A DNA stretch of 26,182 bases from Candidatus Hadarchaeales archaeon (lineage in GTDB: Archaea; Hadarchaeota; Hadarchaeia; Hadarchaeales; Hadarchaeaceae), in assembly GCA_038851365.1 (NCBI GenBank), contig JAWCKY010000006.1:1-26182 (forward strand), read 5' to 3'. Below are positions 1 through 8,567 of this stretch, piece by piece. The stretch's first letter is position 1; each line of letters opens with the position of its first letter. The position numbers and the translations under genes are program-made. The notes beneath the pieces were generated by a model, which made no database searches, was not told where the DNA came from, and worked only from the letters and a program-made list of their open reading frames with translations.

Positions 1-828
1 GTAGCGCCTCCCCTCGAACTCGCTCCCCTTGGGCAGGCGCTTGACCCTTCGCTCGGAGAGCCTCCTCACGAGGAGCTCGTTCGCTTCCCTGAGCGGCTTC
101 CCGCCCAGCAACCACTCCAGCGGGGCGTCCACGCCCATGGGTCGAGCCGGCAGGACGTGTCTCGTCGTTTTGTGCGCGAATGGCTCGCCACGAAGGGCGG
201 CGGCTATCACCTCCTCCTTCCTAGCCCTGGGCGTCACGAGGGCTGCGATCGCCTCGCCGGAGTCCACCATCTGCCTGGCGTCCCTTTCCACCTCGTAGCT
301 CACTTCCAGCCCCTTCGCCCTTAGGGCGTCCTCCGCCCGCTTCACCCAAGCGTAGCTGGCCCTTATGCTCCCTCCCTCCCCCCTGAGCAGGTGGCAGTCC
401 TGCTTGGTGAGCATGGCGAAGCTCGCGGAGCGCTCGTCGAGGGCCTGAAATGCCTCCTCGAGCGTAGATCTCTCGGCTTTAAGCCCAAGCGACGTCATCG
501 CTCCCAGAAGCTGGTCGGCGGTGACCTCGCCGCGCACCGAGCGATACCAGGAGCCTACGTGGATGTGGGGGTTCCTGTAGTCCACGAGACAGACGGGAAG
601 GTAGGCACAGCCCAGCTCGCGAAGGGCGGCTACGCGGTGCATGCCGTCGAGCACCACGAGCGTCGAAGCGTCGACGATGACGGGATGCCTCATAGCGCCC
701 TCGGCCTTGATCTCCCTCACGAGCGCCTCGAGCAGCTCGGGTATGATCTCCTCGTGGATCTTGACCCTAGCCAGGTCTTCAAGCCCCAGCCTGAGCTCGA
801 GCCTAGGCGTCGCGAGCGTGAACCACAA
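1..828 (-). CDS. serK: SerK-like ADP-dependent free serine kinase (ParB/sulfiredoxin-fold, SerK/SbnI family); 3' end runs off the window
   Basis: Not in the ORF track. I translated the minus frame by hand; it is open from 867 to 1. Motifs KIHEE, VLDGMHRVAAL, VCLVDY, GSWYR and KEEVIAAALRGEPFAHKTTRHVLP match Thermococcus SerK motifs as I recall them (KPHEQ, DGHHR, TWYP, KEEV..GEVFSPKTTRHVLP). The TTG start at 828 is tentative. Confidence 0.8.
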   Translation of the reverse strand, partial: MWFTLATPRLELRLGLEDLARVKIHEEIIPELLEALVREIKAEGAMRHPVIVDASTLVVLDGMHRVAALRELGCAYLPVCLVDYRNPHIHVGSWYRSVRGEVTADQLLGAMTSLGLKAERSTLEEAFQALDERSASFAMLTKQDCHLLRGEGGSIRASYAWVKRAEDALRAKGLEVSYEVERDARQMVDSGEAIAALVTPRARKEEVIAAALRGEPFAHKTTRHVLPARPMGVDAPLEWLLGGKPLREANELLVRRLSERRVKRLPKGSEFEGRRY

Positions 829-881
829 CCCATCGCCAATAGCACCACGCCGCCGGCTCTCTAAAGGTTAACGCCTCGCCC

Positions 882-3200
882 TCAAGTGCGCTCAGGAGAT
901 TGGGCTGCAACGACGGCCTGCCCCACGCAGATGCCCCCGTCGCCGGGAGGCAGGAGATGGTGCGAGAGGAACTTGAGCCCAGCCCCCTCCACGGCCTCCC
1001 TGATGAACCTAGTGATCGCCCGATTGCAGAACACGCCCCCCGAGGCGCCGACCACTTTTATCCCCTCCTCCACCGCCGCCTCTATGGCCACCTCCGCCAG
1101 TCCCTCCGCTAGAGCGCGCTGCGCCGAGGCGGCGATGTGCCTGCGAGGCACCCGCTCGCGGAGGGCCTCCAGCACCTCAAGCAGGAGCTCAGAGGTGTCG
1201 ACCACCCGCATCCCGTCCACCTCCTCCACCGCCGACCTCAGCCCGAGCCGATAGGGGTCGCCGCCGTTGGCAGCCGCCTCGAGCTTGATCGCCGGCTCGC
1301 CCTCGTACGTGCGCTCGCGGCAGACGCCGAGCAGGCAGGAGACGGCGTCGAGCACCCTCCCGCAGCTGCTCGTCCAGTGCACGAGGAGCCCCCTCTCGAG
1401 CTGCCTCAGTATCGCCCGCACCTCGACCTCGCCTCGCCTTAGGCCATCGGCGCAGAACTCTCGCAAAACCCCCTCCACCTCAGCGGGCGAAAGCACTTGC
1501 CAAAGCATGCCCGCCACCATCCGCGCGGGGAACCTCGTCGCCAGGTCTCCGCCGGGCATGGGCTGCTTGATAAGCCCTCCCAGGCGGTCGTAGGAGCCGC
1601 GGCCGACGACCATCACCTCTCCCCCCCAAACCGTGCCGTCCCCGCCGTAGCCCACGCCGTCGGCGGCTATGCCCACGAGCTCGTCTAGGCCCTGCTCCGC
1701 CAGCAGCGAGCAGAGGTGGGCGTGGTGGTGCTGCACCGCCATCGTCCTCGCCCCCAGCTCCTCCGCCAGCTTTGGCGCGAGCCTCGTCGTGGAGTAGCTC
1801 GGGTGCAGGTCGTGCGCCACCACGTCTACGCGCTCGATGCCCAAGAGGCGCATGAGCCTAGCCACGGCGGCGCGAAGGTAGTCGAGGGTCTCCACCTTGG
1901 TGGCGTCGCCTATGTGCTGGCTCACGAAGCACCTGTCGCCGACGAGTAGACAAGCGGTGACGTTGAGCTCCGCGCCGAGCGCCAGCACCACGACGTCGCT
2001 CTCGAACGCCAGCCTTATCGGCTCCGGCACGTAGCCCCTCGACCGCCTGAGGAACGTCGCCCTGCCGTCGACCACCTTCACCACGGAGTCGTCGCACCTG
2101 TTCACTATCTCGCGGTCGTGGAGGAGGAGGTAGTCCACCTTGTCCCGCAGCTCAGCGAGCGCCTGGGCGTTGTCGATGATCATCGGCAGGCCAGGCGGGT
2201 TGGCGCTGGTCATGACGTAGGCCGGCCTCCTGCCGTGGCGAAGGATGAGGTGGTGGATGCCCGAGTAGGGCAGCATCACGCCCACGCTGTCGAGCCCCGG
2301 CGCCACGAGCTCCGAGAGCTCGCAGCTCGGGAGGCGCTCGAGCACCACGATGGGCCTCCTGTACGAGGTCAGGAGCCCCGCCTCGACCTCGCTGACCCTG
2401 GCGAACGTTCGCACCGTCTCGAGATCCCTGGACATCACCGCGAACGGCTGCTGCGGGCGGCTAAAAGCTCGTCGGAGGCGCTCGAGCACCCCGTCGTCGG
2501 TGGCGTCGGCGGCCACGTGGATGCCCCCTATGCCCTTTATCGCGACGACGTTCCCTTCGTCCAGCAGCTCGGCCACCTCCCGTAGCGGCTCCTCGTTCTC
2601 TAGGACCTCCCCGCTGGCGGAGTAAAGCCGCACCTTGGGCCCGCAAGCTGGGCAGCACGTAGGCTCCGCGTGGTAGCGCCTATCGCTTGGGTCGTGGTAC
2701 TCCCTCCCGCAGTCGGCGCAGAGCGGGAAGGCCCTCATCGACGTCCTCGAGCGGTCGTAGGGGAGCTCCTCTATGATGGTGAAGCGGGGGCCGCAGTTGA
2801 CGCAGGTGATGAAGGGGTAGCGGTAGCGCCTGTCGTTGGGGTCGAGCATCTCCCTCAAGCAGTCGTCGCATAGCGCTAGGTCGGGGGGCACCACGGAGGG
2901 CAGCCCAAGCCCTCGGCGCTCGCTCGGCGCCACCTCGAAGCGCTCGAACTCTCCCTTCGCCTCCCCCCAGAGGACGCGGACGTCGTCCACCCTGGAGAGG
3001 GGCGGCCGCTCCGCCCTCAGGGAGCCGAGGAAACCCTCGATCGCCTCCTTCTCCCCCTCCACCACCACCTGCACGCCGGCGTCGCCCATGTTGCGGACGA
3101 AGCCGACGAGGCCGTAACGCGTGGCAAGCCTGTAGACGAAGGGCCTGAAGCCGACGCCCTGAACGATGCCGGTGACCGCGATCTCCGCTCGCGCCCGCAT
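882..3200 (-). CDS. hypF: Carbamoyltransferase HypF ([NiFe]-hydrogenase maturation)
   Basis: Acylphosphatase N-terminus (GIVQGVGFRPFVY), two Zn fingers (CDDC..CVNCGPR, CADC..CPACGP), KGIGGIH, HHHAH and C-terminal PPGDGGIxxGQ. Start moved from the ORF track's 3263 to ATG 3200 (MRARAEI), which removes the overlap with porB. Confidence 0.96.
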   Translation of the reverse strand: MRARAEIAVTGIVQGVGFRPFVYRLATRYGLVGFVRNMGDAGVQVVVEGEKEAIEGFLGSLRAERPPLSRVDDVRVLWGEAKGEFERFEVAPSERRGLGLPSVVPPDLALCDDCLREMLDPNDRRYRYPFITCVNCGPRFTIIEELPYDRSRTSMRAFPLCADCGREYHDPSDRRYHAEPTCCPACGPKVRLYSASGEVLENEEPLREVAELLDEGNVVAIKGIGGIHVAADATDDGVLERLRRAFSRPQQPFAVMSRDLETVRTFARVSEVEAGLLTSYRRPIVVLERLPSCELSELVAPGLDSVGVMLPYSGIHHLILRHGRRPAYVMTSANPPGLPMIIDNAQALAELRDKVDYLLLHDREIVNRCDDSVVKVVDGRATFLRRSRGYVPEPIRLAFESDVVVLALGAELNVTACLLVGDRCFVSQHIGDATKVETLDYLRAAVARLMRLLGIERVDVVAHDLHPSYSTTRLAPKLAEELGARTMAVQHHHAHLCSLLAEQGLDELVGIAADGVGYGGDGTVWGGEVMVVGRGSYDRLGGLIKQPMPGGDLATRFPARMVAGMLWQVLSPAEVEGVLREFCADGLRRGEVEVRAILRQLERGLLVHWTSSCGRVLDAVSCLLGVCRERTYEGEPAIKLEAAANGGDPYRLGLRSAVEEVDGMRVVDTSELLLEVLEALRERVPRRHIAASAQRALAEGLAEVAIEAAVEEGIKVVGASGGVFCNRAITRFIREAVEGAGLKFLSHHLLPPGDGGICVGQAVVAAQSPERT

Positions 3201-3238
3201 GTTGCCAGCCTCAAGCTCGCGCCTAGTTACCCCGGCGG

Positions 3239-4123
3239 TCACTCGATGCCGAAGCGCCTGCACTGCTCATCCACCATTCGCTGGATCTGGGCGACCTCCT
3301 CGTCGGTGAGGTGCCTGAACCTGCCCTGGAGCTTGAGGTAGTCGGCGACGGGCCTGCGCTTGGGGGGCTTGAAGGTGACCCTCAGCTGCCCATGCTCGAT
3401 CTCGTAGAGCACCCATGCGCCGGTGAGCACCGCCAGCCTGGCCACCTCGATGGTCTTGCCCGTCTCTATGCGCCAGCCGGGCACGCAGGGCGCGTGCACG
3501 TGCACGTAGGTGGGCCCCTCTATGGCGGCGGCCTTCCTGAGCTTGTTGATGAAGTCGAGCGGGTAGGCGACGGAGGCGGTGGCCACGTAGGGGGCTCCGT
3601 GGGCGGCGATGATCGCTGGCACGTCCTTCTTCGGCCTGTCCTCCCCCCTCTTCACCTTGCCTATGGGCGTGGTCGTCGTCCACGCGCCGAACGGCGTGGC
3701 CCCGCTGCGCTGTATGCCCGTGTTCTGGTAGGCCTCGTTGTCGTAGCAACAGAACAGCACGTTGTCCCCCCTCTCCACCGCGCCCGAGAGCGCCTGCAGT
3801 CCTATGTCTGCCGTGCCGCCGTCGCCGGCGATCGCCACGGATTTCACCCCCTTTTTCCCCAGCGCCTTCAACCCAGCCGCTATGCCGGCCGCCGTCGCCG
3901 CGGCGTTCTCGAAGGCGGAGTGGATCCAAGGCACCCTCCAAGCCGTCTCGGGGTAGGGGGTCGTCACCACCTCCATGCAGCCCGTCGCCATGCTGACGAT
4001 GATGTTCCTACCCAGCGCCTTCAGCAGGTACCTCATCGCCAGCACGCAACCGCAGCCCGCGCAGGCGCGGTGGCCAGGAGCTAGGAGCTCCTCCTCGGGT
4101 ACGCCGGGCGGCGCCGCCATCAT
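3239..4123 (-). CDS. porB: Pyruvate/2-oxoacid:ferredoxin oxidoreductase beta subunit (TPP-binding)
   Basis: [50 protein letters not shown]. The start overlaps the porA stop. Confidence 0.94.
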   Translation of the reverse strand: MMAAPPGVPEEELLAPGHRACAGCGCVLAMRYLLKALGRNIIVSMATGCMEVVTTPYPETAWRVPWIHSAFENAAATAAGIAAGLKALGKKGVKSVAIAGDGGTADIGLQALSGAVERGDNVLFCCYDNEAYQNTGIQRSGATPFGAWTTTTPIGKVKRGEDRPKKDVPAIIAAHGAPYVATASVAYPLDFINKLRKAAAIEGPTYVHVHAPCVPGWRIETGKTIEVARLAVLTGAWVLYEIEHGQLRVTFKPPKRRPVADYLKLQGRFRHLTDEEVAQIQRMVDEQCRRFGIE

Positions 4124-5304
4124 ATCCCCAGCCCCACCAGCTTCTCCCTCAGCCCAAGCCAGCGCACGGGCCTCTTCACCTCTCCGGTCTCCGCCGCCCT
4201 CGCCGCCGCGCGCAGCGCCTCCCTGATGTGGAGGGGCGATACATCGCGCCCGCCGAGCCCGCAGATGAAGTTCAGCAGCAAGGGCGCGCCCTCGACGTTG
4301 GCCAGCGCGCAGGAGACGTCGGCGAAGAGGGCGCCCGCCCAGCCGAGCGAGATGTCCTTCTCGAGCACGGCGACCACCTTCGCGTGCTCCAGGGCCTTCA
4401 CCAGCGCCTCTCGCGGGAAGGGCCTGTAAGCGCGCACCCTCACCAGCCCCACCCTCTCGCCCCGCCTGCGGGAACGGTCGATGAGGTCCTTCGCGGTGCC
4501 GCTCAGCGAGCCCAGCGTGAGGAGGATTATCTCCGCGTCATCGCTTCGGTAGCACTCGACCAGGCCATAGCGCCTGCCGAACCGCTTGCCGTATTCCCTG
4601 TCCACCTCGACTATCTTGTCCCTCGCCGCACGCACCGCTTCGTGCAGCATATATCTTATCTCCTGGTAGTACTCCGGCACGCCCACGGGTCCCATGGTGA
4701 CGGGCATGACGGGGTCCAAGGGGTGGCGAGGCCTGTAAGGCGGCAGGAAATCGTCGACCTCCTCCTGCTCGGGCACGTCCACGGGCTCGGCCGTGTGCGA
4801 GAGGATGTAGCCGTCGAAGCACACCATCACGGGCAGCATCAGCTCCTCGGCCACGCGATAGGCCTGCAGTATAGAGTCGAGGATCTCCTGATTGTTCTCG
4901 CAGTAGAGCTGCACCCAGCCGCTGTCTCGCACGGCCATGGAGTCCTGCTGGTCGCACCAGATGTTAAGCGGTGCCGAAAGCGCCCGGTTGGCGTTGGCCA
5001 TGACGATGGGCAGCCTGAGGCCGGCCGCGATGTAGAGCATCTCGCTCATGAGCATCAGCCCCTGCGAGGAGGTGGCGGTAAAGGCCCTGGCCCCCACGGC
5101 GGCGGCGCCTATGCAGGCGCTCATGGCGCTGTGCTCCGACTCCACCTTCATGAACTCCGCGTCCAGCTCACCGTTGGCCACGAACTCCGCGAGCTTCTCC
5201 ACTATGGCCGTCTGGGGGGTTATCGGGTAGGCGGAGATCACCTTCACGCGAGCCAGCTTCGCGGCGGTCGCGGCTGCCTCGTTGCCCGTCAACACCTGCT
5301 TCAA
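4120..5304 (-). CDS. porA: Pyruvate/2-oxoacid:ferredoxin oxidoreductase alpha subunit
   Basis: [47 protein letters not shown] start at 5304 overlaps the porD TGA (TTGA); the ORF track's extension to 5460 is spurious. Confidence 0.94.
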   Translation of the reverse strand: MKQVLTGNEAAATAAKLARVKVISAYPITPQTAIVEKLAEFVANGELDAEFMKVESEHSAMSACIGAAAVGARAFTATSSQGLMLMSEMLYIAAGLRLPIVMANANRALSAPLNIWCDQQDSMAVRDSGWVQLYCENNQEILDSILQAYRVAEELMLPVMVCFDGYILSHTAEPVDVPEQEEVDDFLPPYRPRHPLDPVMPVTMGPVGVPEYYQEIRYMLHEAVRAARDKIVEVDREYGKRFGRRYGLVECYRSDDAEIILLTLGSLSGTAKDLIDRSRRRGERVGLVRVRAYRPFPREALVKALEHAKVVAVLEKDISLGWAGALFADVSCALANVEGAPLLLNFICGLGGRDVSPLHIREALRAAARAAETGEVKRPVRWLGLREKLVGLGI

Positions 5305-5579
5305 TCTCTCCCCTCCGGGACCATGGTTATGGCCTTGAAGGGACACTCGTTGGCGCAAATGCCGCAGCCCTTGCAGTAGCGGTAGTCTACCCTCGCGGGC
5401 TTGCCCTTGGAGATCGCGGGCTCCGGGCAGAACATCCAGCACATGCCGCAGCCCGTGCACTTCGCCTCGTCGATCACGGGCCTGAAGTTGCGCCAGCTCC
5501 CGGTCTCGGTCCGCGCGGTGTTACCCGGCTCGGTTATGATGGCTCCGGCGATTATCTTCAAAATATCGCCCTCAACCAT
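5301..5579 (-). CDS. porD: 2-oxoacid:ferredoxin oxidoreductase delta subunit (2x[4Fe-4S])
   Basis: TGSWRNFRP followed by CTGCGMCWMFCP and YCKGCGICANECP. An alternative TTG start at 5561 is possible. Confidence 0.93.
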   Translation of the reverse strand: MVEGDILKIIAGAIITEPGNTARTETGSWRNFRPVIDEAKCTGCGMCWMFCPEPAISKGKPARVDYRYCKGCGICANECPFKAITMVPEGRD

Positions 5580-5618
5580 CCAAGAGGCTACGTAACTTGC
5601 TAAAAAGTTTTTGTGCGT

Positions 5619-6170
5619 TCAGCCGCGTCGGTCCTCCCACAAAAGCTTCGTCCGCTCGTACGCGGCCCTCACGGCGGCCACGTTCTTCTCCGCGAGCTTG
5701 TCGCCGAAGTAGCCCCTGACCGCCTTCTCGAGGGAGTCCAGCGACACGAGCTTCGTCGCCCTCGCGAGGGCCCCTAGGATGGCCGTGTTGGTTATGGGCG
5801 CGCCGAGGGTCTCGAGGGCGATGCCCGTGGCGTCGACGATGGCGAGCTTCGCCGCGGGGAGACCGGTGGGCGCTTCCTTGGCGTTCACCACGACGACGCC
5901 GCCAGTTTTCAAGCCAGCCGCGACGTTCGTCACCTCGAGCAACGTGGGGTCCAGCACGACGACGTGGCTGGGCTCGTAAACCTGTGTTCTCGTCCTTATG
6001 GGCTTGTCGTCGATTCGCGCGAAGGCCAAGATCGGTGCCCCCCTGCGCTCGGCGCCGAAGAAGGGGAAGGCTTGGCCGTACTTGCCCTCGAGGAAGGCCG
6101 CCTCCACCAGCAGCCTGGCGGCGGTCACCGCGCCCTGCCCGCCCCGGCCGTGGAACCTCACCTCTATCAT
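5619..6170 (-). CDS. porG: 2-oxoacid:ferredoxin oxidoreductase gamma subunit
   Basis: [36 protein letters not shown]. Confidence 0.95.
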   Translation of the reverse strand: MIEVRFHGRGGQGAVTAARLLVEAAFLEGKYGQAFPFFGAERRGAPILAFARIDDKPIRTRTQVYEPSHVVVLDPTLLEVTNVAAGLKTGGVVVVNAKEAPTGLPAAKLAIVDATGIALETLGAPITNTAILGALARATKLVSLDSLEKAVRGYFGDKLAEKNVAAVRAAYERTKLLWEDRRG

Positions 6171-6195
6171 GCGACCATCTTACACTCATCGCCCG

Positions 6196-6210
6196 GCTAT
6201 AAGCTTTTAT
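6196..6210 (-). promoter_or_regulatory. BRE/TATA promoter of the por operon
   Basis: Minus strand ATAAAAGCTTATAGC; the TATA lies ~32 nt upstream of the porG ATG. Confidence 0.6.
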
Positions 6211-6331
6211 CCGTCGCGCTCCCCTCCGCCTCCTTGAACCTGTCGCAGACCACCACCCCTGCGCCGCCCACGAGGGGGTAGTTGGGCCTGCACTCCTGCC
6301 TTCGTCCGCACCTCTTGCACAGCGACTTCAT
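6197..6331 (-). CDS. 44-aa Cys-rich microprotein MKSLCKRCGRRQECRPNYPLVGGAGVVVCDRFKEAEGSATDKSL (C-x2-C-x5-C-x14-C)
   Basis: Below the ORF-track cutoff. A TTTAAAAA box starts 26 nt upstream of the ATG (leaderless geometry), GGTGG precedes the ATG, and there are four Cys with metal-binding spacing. Confidence 0.65.
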   Translation of the reverse strand: MKSLCKRCGRRQECRPNYPLVGGAGVVVCDRFKEAEGSATDKSL

Positions 6332-6343
6332 CGCTACCACCGC

Positions 6344-6357
6344 GGCGATTTTTTAAA
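6344..6357 (-). promoter_or_regulatory. TATA box of the 44-aa microprotein gene
   Basis: Minus strand TTTAAAAAATCGCC; the same element occurs at 7203-7217 and 21311-21322. Confidence 0.6.
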
Positions 6358-6363
6358 TTTTTT

Positions 6364-6379
6364 TGTTACATATGTAACA
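6364..6379. promoter_or_regulatory. Perfect 16-bp palindromic operator TGTTACATATGTAACA
   Basis: Exact inverted repeat, extendable over 6359-6384 with one mismatched pair. It lies 7-22 nt upstream of the microprotein TATA. The core TACAnnTGTA equals the CopY/BlaI-type box. Confidence 0.7.
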
Positions 6380-6474
6380 TAAAACAACTTCGCCCCGCAA
6401 CGGCGGCTCGTTCGCTTCCCGAGAAGGTCTGGGCTGGCTTATCCCTCATGTTGCAGCTTCGCGTTGAGGTAAGC

Positions 6475-6765
6475 CTACTCGCTCGCGAGCATCCCTCGAA
6501 GCTCCGGGTGTCGCTCGAAGTAGCGCTTGGCGTAGCTGCAGTTGGGCACGATCTTAAGCCCTCCCTCCCTCGCGTATTCGATGGCGGCCCTGGTGAGCCT
6601 CTCCGCCAAGCCTCGGCCGCGATGCTCCTCGGGCGTGAAGGTGGCATCGATGTGCATGGTCTCGCCCTCTAGGTGGTACTTCAGGTACGCGTATTTTCCC
6701 GGGGCGAGCCTGATGAGGAACATGCTCGCCCGCCGCTCGACGTTCGCGAACGCGGGATCAACCAA
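6475..6765 (-). CDS. Small GNAT-family N-acetyltransferase (YjdJ/Acetyltransf_CG-like)
   Basis: IDATFTPEEHRGRGLAERL acetyl-CoA motif and C-terminal VPNCSYA. TTG start with GAGGAGG upstream; overlaps the upstream NDT stop. Confidence 0.88.
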   Translation of the reverse strand: MVDPAFANVERRASMFLIRLAPGKYAYLKYHLEGETMHIDATFTPEEHRGRGLAERLTRAAIEYAREGGLKIVPNCSYAKRYFERHPELRGMLASE

Positions 6766-7180
6766 GCCTCCTCAGCTCCTCGACGAGCTCGTCCAAGTTC
6801 CTCGCCAGCGCACGTATGGCCTGGGCCAGCATGTTGTTGAGCTCCTCGTCCCTCGCGAACACCCTCATGTCCGTCTTGAGGCCTATCACTGGCTTTCCCT
6901 TAGCGAACGCGTAGCCCACCTCGAAGGCCGTGCCGCTGTCGACGTCCGCCCCGTCGAGGATCGCCACGACGACGTCCGCTTGCTTCACGCCGGCCAAGTC
7001 GCGCTCGAAGATCTCGCGGTAGGCTCGCCTGCCCTTCTTGCGGAGGAGCTCGTCCAGCTTGCCCACGTCGCGCTGGGGCAGGAAGGTCTCGAAGCCATGC
7101 CTTCGTAGGTGTTCATCCACCTTGAGGTTGAACTCCCTTTCGGCCTGGGAGAAAAGCGGTCCGGCGATGAAGACCCTCAA
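6758..7180 (-). CDS. Nucleoside 2-deoxyribosyltransferase-family N-glycosidase
   Basis: VFIAGPLFS, FLPQ, FERDLAGVKQADVVVA, DSGTAFEVGYA. TTG start at 7180 with GGTGG upstream. The 354-aa ORF-track product is an artefact of reading antisense through rnpB. Confidence 0.9.
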   Translation of the reverse strand: MRVFIAGPLFSQAEREFNLKVDEHLRRHGFETFLPQRDVGKLDELLRKKGRRAYREIFERDLAGVKQADVVVAILDGADVDSGTAFEVGYAFAKGKPVIGLKTDMRVFARDEELNNMLAQAIRALARNLDELVEELRRLG

Positions 7181-7202
7181 GTCACCACCGCTCAACCTTG
7201 CG

Positions 7203-7217
7203 CGCGATTTTTTAAAA
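7203..7217 (-). promoter_or_regulatory. TATA box of the NDT-GNAT operon
   Basis: Minus strand TTTTAAAAAATCGCG, ~36 nt upstream of the TTG. Confidence 0.6.
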
Positions 7218-7225
7218 GGTATGCA

Positions 7226-7242
7226 GATGTTTGTGAAACATC
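7226..7242. promoter_or_regulatory. Inverted repeat GATGTTT-GTG-AAACATC between the divergent NDT and rnpB promoters
   Basis: Perfect 7-bp arms with a 3-nt spacer, ~10-26 nt upstream of the NDT TATA. Confidence 0.5.
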
Positions 7243-7266
7243 CCTCGCGCTGCTCTAAAGCGCCAA

Positions 7267-7283
7267 GGGAAACCTTCTTAACC
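7267..7283 (+). promoter_or_regulatory. BRE/TATA promoter of rnpB
   Basis: GGGAAACCTTCTTAACC, with the TATA-like part ~27-30 nt upstream of the P1 5' end. Confidence 0.55.
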
Positions 7284-7304
7284 GAGTTGGGGCTAAAATT
7301 GTAT

Positions 7305-7600
7305 GCCGGCGAGTCGGTGGGCGGCCGTCGGGCGAAGGCCTGAGGAAACTCCGTCCATCCGGCGGGTTCGCGGGTCCGCGAGGACCTGGCCGAGAGGCCA
7401 GACCCTGGCACAGAAACGACACCTCCCGGCCCGCGCGATGACGCGGGGACGTCGAGGTCGGGCCGAGCGAGGTTGAAACGGCCAATCCGCGAGATGCAAG
7501 GGCAAGTCGCCGCCGATGAACGCCCGCCCGAGGCGGGTGGTAGCCCGCTCAGCAGAATGCCGCCTGAAAACAGAAGACGGGTTACGGCCGACTCGTCGGC
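7305..7600 (+). ncRNA. rnpB: RNase P RNA, archaeal type A
   Basis: P1 GCCGGCGAGUCGGU/GCCGACUCGUCGGC; GAGGAAACUCC (CR-I); P8 GGUCC-GCGA-GGACC and P9 UGGCC-GAGA-GGCCA; ACAGAAAC; UGAAAC; GCAAG; 3' AACAGAAGACGGGUUA, which pairs in P4 with CCGUC. Presence of P8 argues for type A rather than type M. Confidence 0.96.
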
Positions 7601-7618
7601 GCTCGAAGGGGTGGGAGA

Positions 7619-7837
7619 ATGGGCAAGAAGTGGGGACACTACAAGGCGGGCGGTCGAAGCCAGCCGGTGGCATGCATCTACTGCGGTCGCCTCACGCCTC
7701 GCATCAAGGCGATCGTCGTCCACAAGGGGTTCAGGATCGACCCTAAGATCCCGGGCATAGACAGGCGCCGCGTCTTCACCTCCGGCATCAAGGGCTACGC
7801 TTGCATCTCCTGCGCGAAGCACCGCGGCCTGATTTGA
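7619..7837 (+). CDS. rps26e: Small ribosomal subunit protein eS26-like
   Basis: QPVACIYCGRLTPRIKAI and YACISCAKH align with eS26 QPIRCxNCxRxVPKDKAI and YCVSCAIH. SD-like GGGGTG precedes the ATG. Confidence 0.85.
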   Translation: MGKKWGHYKAGGRSQPVACIYCGRLTPRIKAIVVHKGFRIDPKIPGIDRRRVFTSGIKGYACISCAKHRGLI

Positions 7838-8567
7838 TCGCCCTGACGATCTCCCTTATCCTCTCGGCCCTGTTTTTGACCTCCTCCACCAGCGTGCCGG
7901 TCACCACGATATCGGCTCCCGCCTCGACGCGCTCAGCCGCAGCCTCTGGTGTCCTTATGCCCCCTCCCACGAGGAGCGTCGCGTCCACAGCTCGCCTAAC
8001 TGCTTGGACCATCTCGACCGGCACGGGTGCCTCGGCGCCCGAGCCCGCCTCCAGGTAAACGAACCTCATGCCCAAGTACTGCGCCGCGAGCGCGTACGAG
8101 GCCGCGAGCTCCGGCTCGTCGCGGGGGATCAGGTTCGCCTTTCCCACCCTCCCGGCGGCGCCGCCGGGCTCCACCACTAGGTAAGCCATGGGTATTGCCT
8201 CTAGCCCGAGCTCCTTGACGCGCGGGGCGCCCAGCCTCTGGGCACCGGTTATGTAGTAGGGGTCTGCCGAGTTCAGCATGCTCATGAAGAAGATGGCATC
8301 CGCATGCCCGCTTATGCAGAGCTCGCTCGCGGGGAAAAGGATCACCGGCAGGTCCACCGCGTCCTTTATCGCGAGCACGGTCTCGTCGAGCAGTTTGCCG
8401 CCAGCGCCGGTGGAGCCCCCGACCATTATCCCGTCGCTCCCCCCCTCGGCCGCGCTCGAGGCCATCCTCCCGGCGACCTCAGGGGACTGCTTTGCAGGGT
8501 CTATGAGCGAGAGGTGCGCGGCCCCCTCGCGCTCGATGACCCTCAGCAAATACTTCTCTACCCTCAT
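7788..8567 (-). CDS. Geranylgeranylglyceryl phosphate synthase (group II GGGPS)
   Basis: [43 protein letters not shown] overlap with rpl40e. Confidence 0.95.
   Translation of the reverse strand: MRVEKYLLRVIEREGAAHLSLIDPAKQSPEVAGRMASSAAEGGSDGIMVGGSTGAGGKLLDETVLAIKDAVDLPVILFPASELCISGHADAIFFMSMLNSADPYYITGAQRLGAPRVKELGLEAIPMAYLVVEPGGAAGRVGKANLIPRDEPELAASYALAAQYLGMRFVYLEAGSGAEAPVPVEMVQAVRRAVDATLLVGGGIRTPEAAAERVEAGADIVVTGTLVEEVKNRAERIREIVRAIKSGRGASRRRCKRSP

Noticed and set aside
391-864. Plus-strand 157-aa ORF and the many other long shadow ORFs (e.g. 4228-5379, 6542-7108, 8851-9951, 10673-11536, 17273-18292)
   Set aside because: High-GC antisense or alternative-frame artefacts of well-supported genes; low-complexity Arg/Gly/Ala or inverted hydropathy.
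6366-6449. 27-codon minus ORF MRDKPAQTF...
   Set aside because: No recognisable motif or SD, and it runs through the operator palindrome.
7181-7822. N-terminal extension of the 354-aa ORF and the other ORFs over 7255-7760
   Set aside because: They are antisense or alternative-frame readings of rnpB and eS26.
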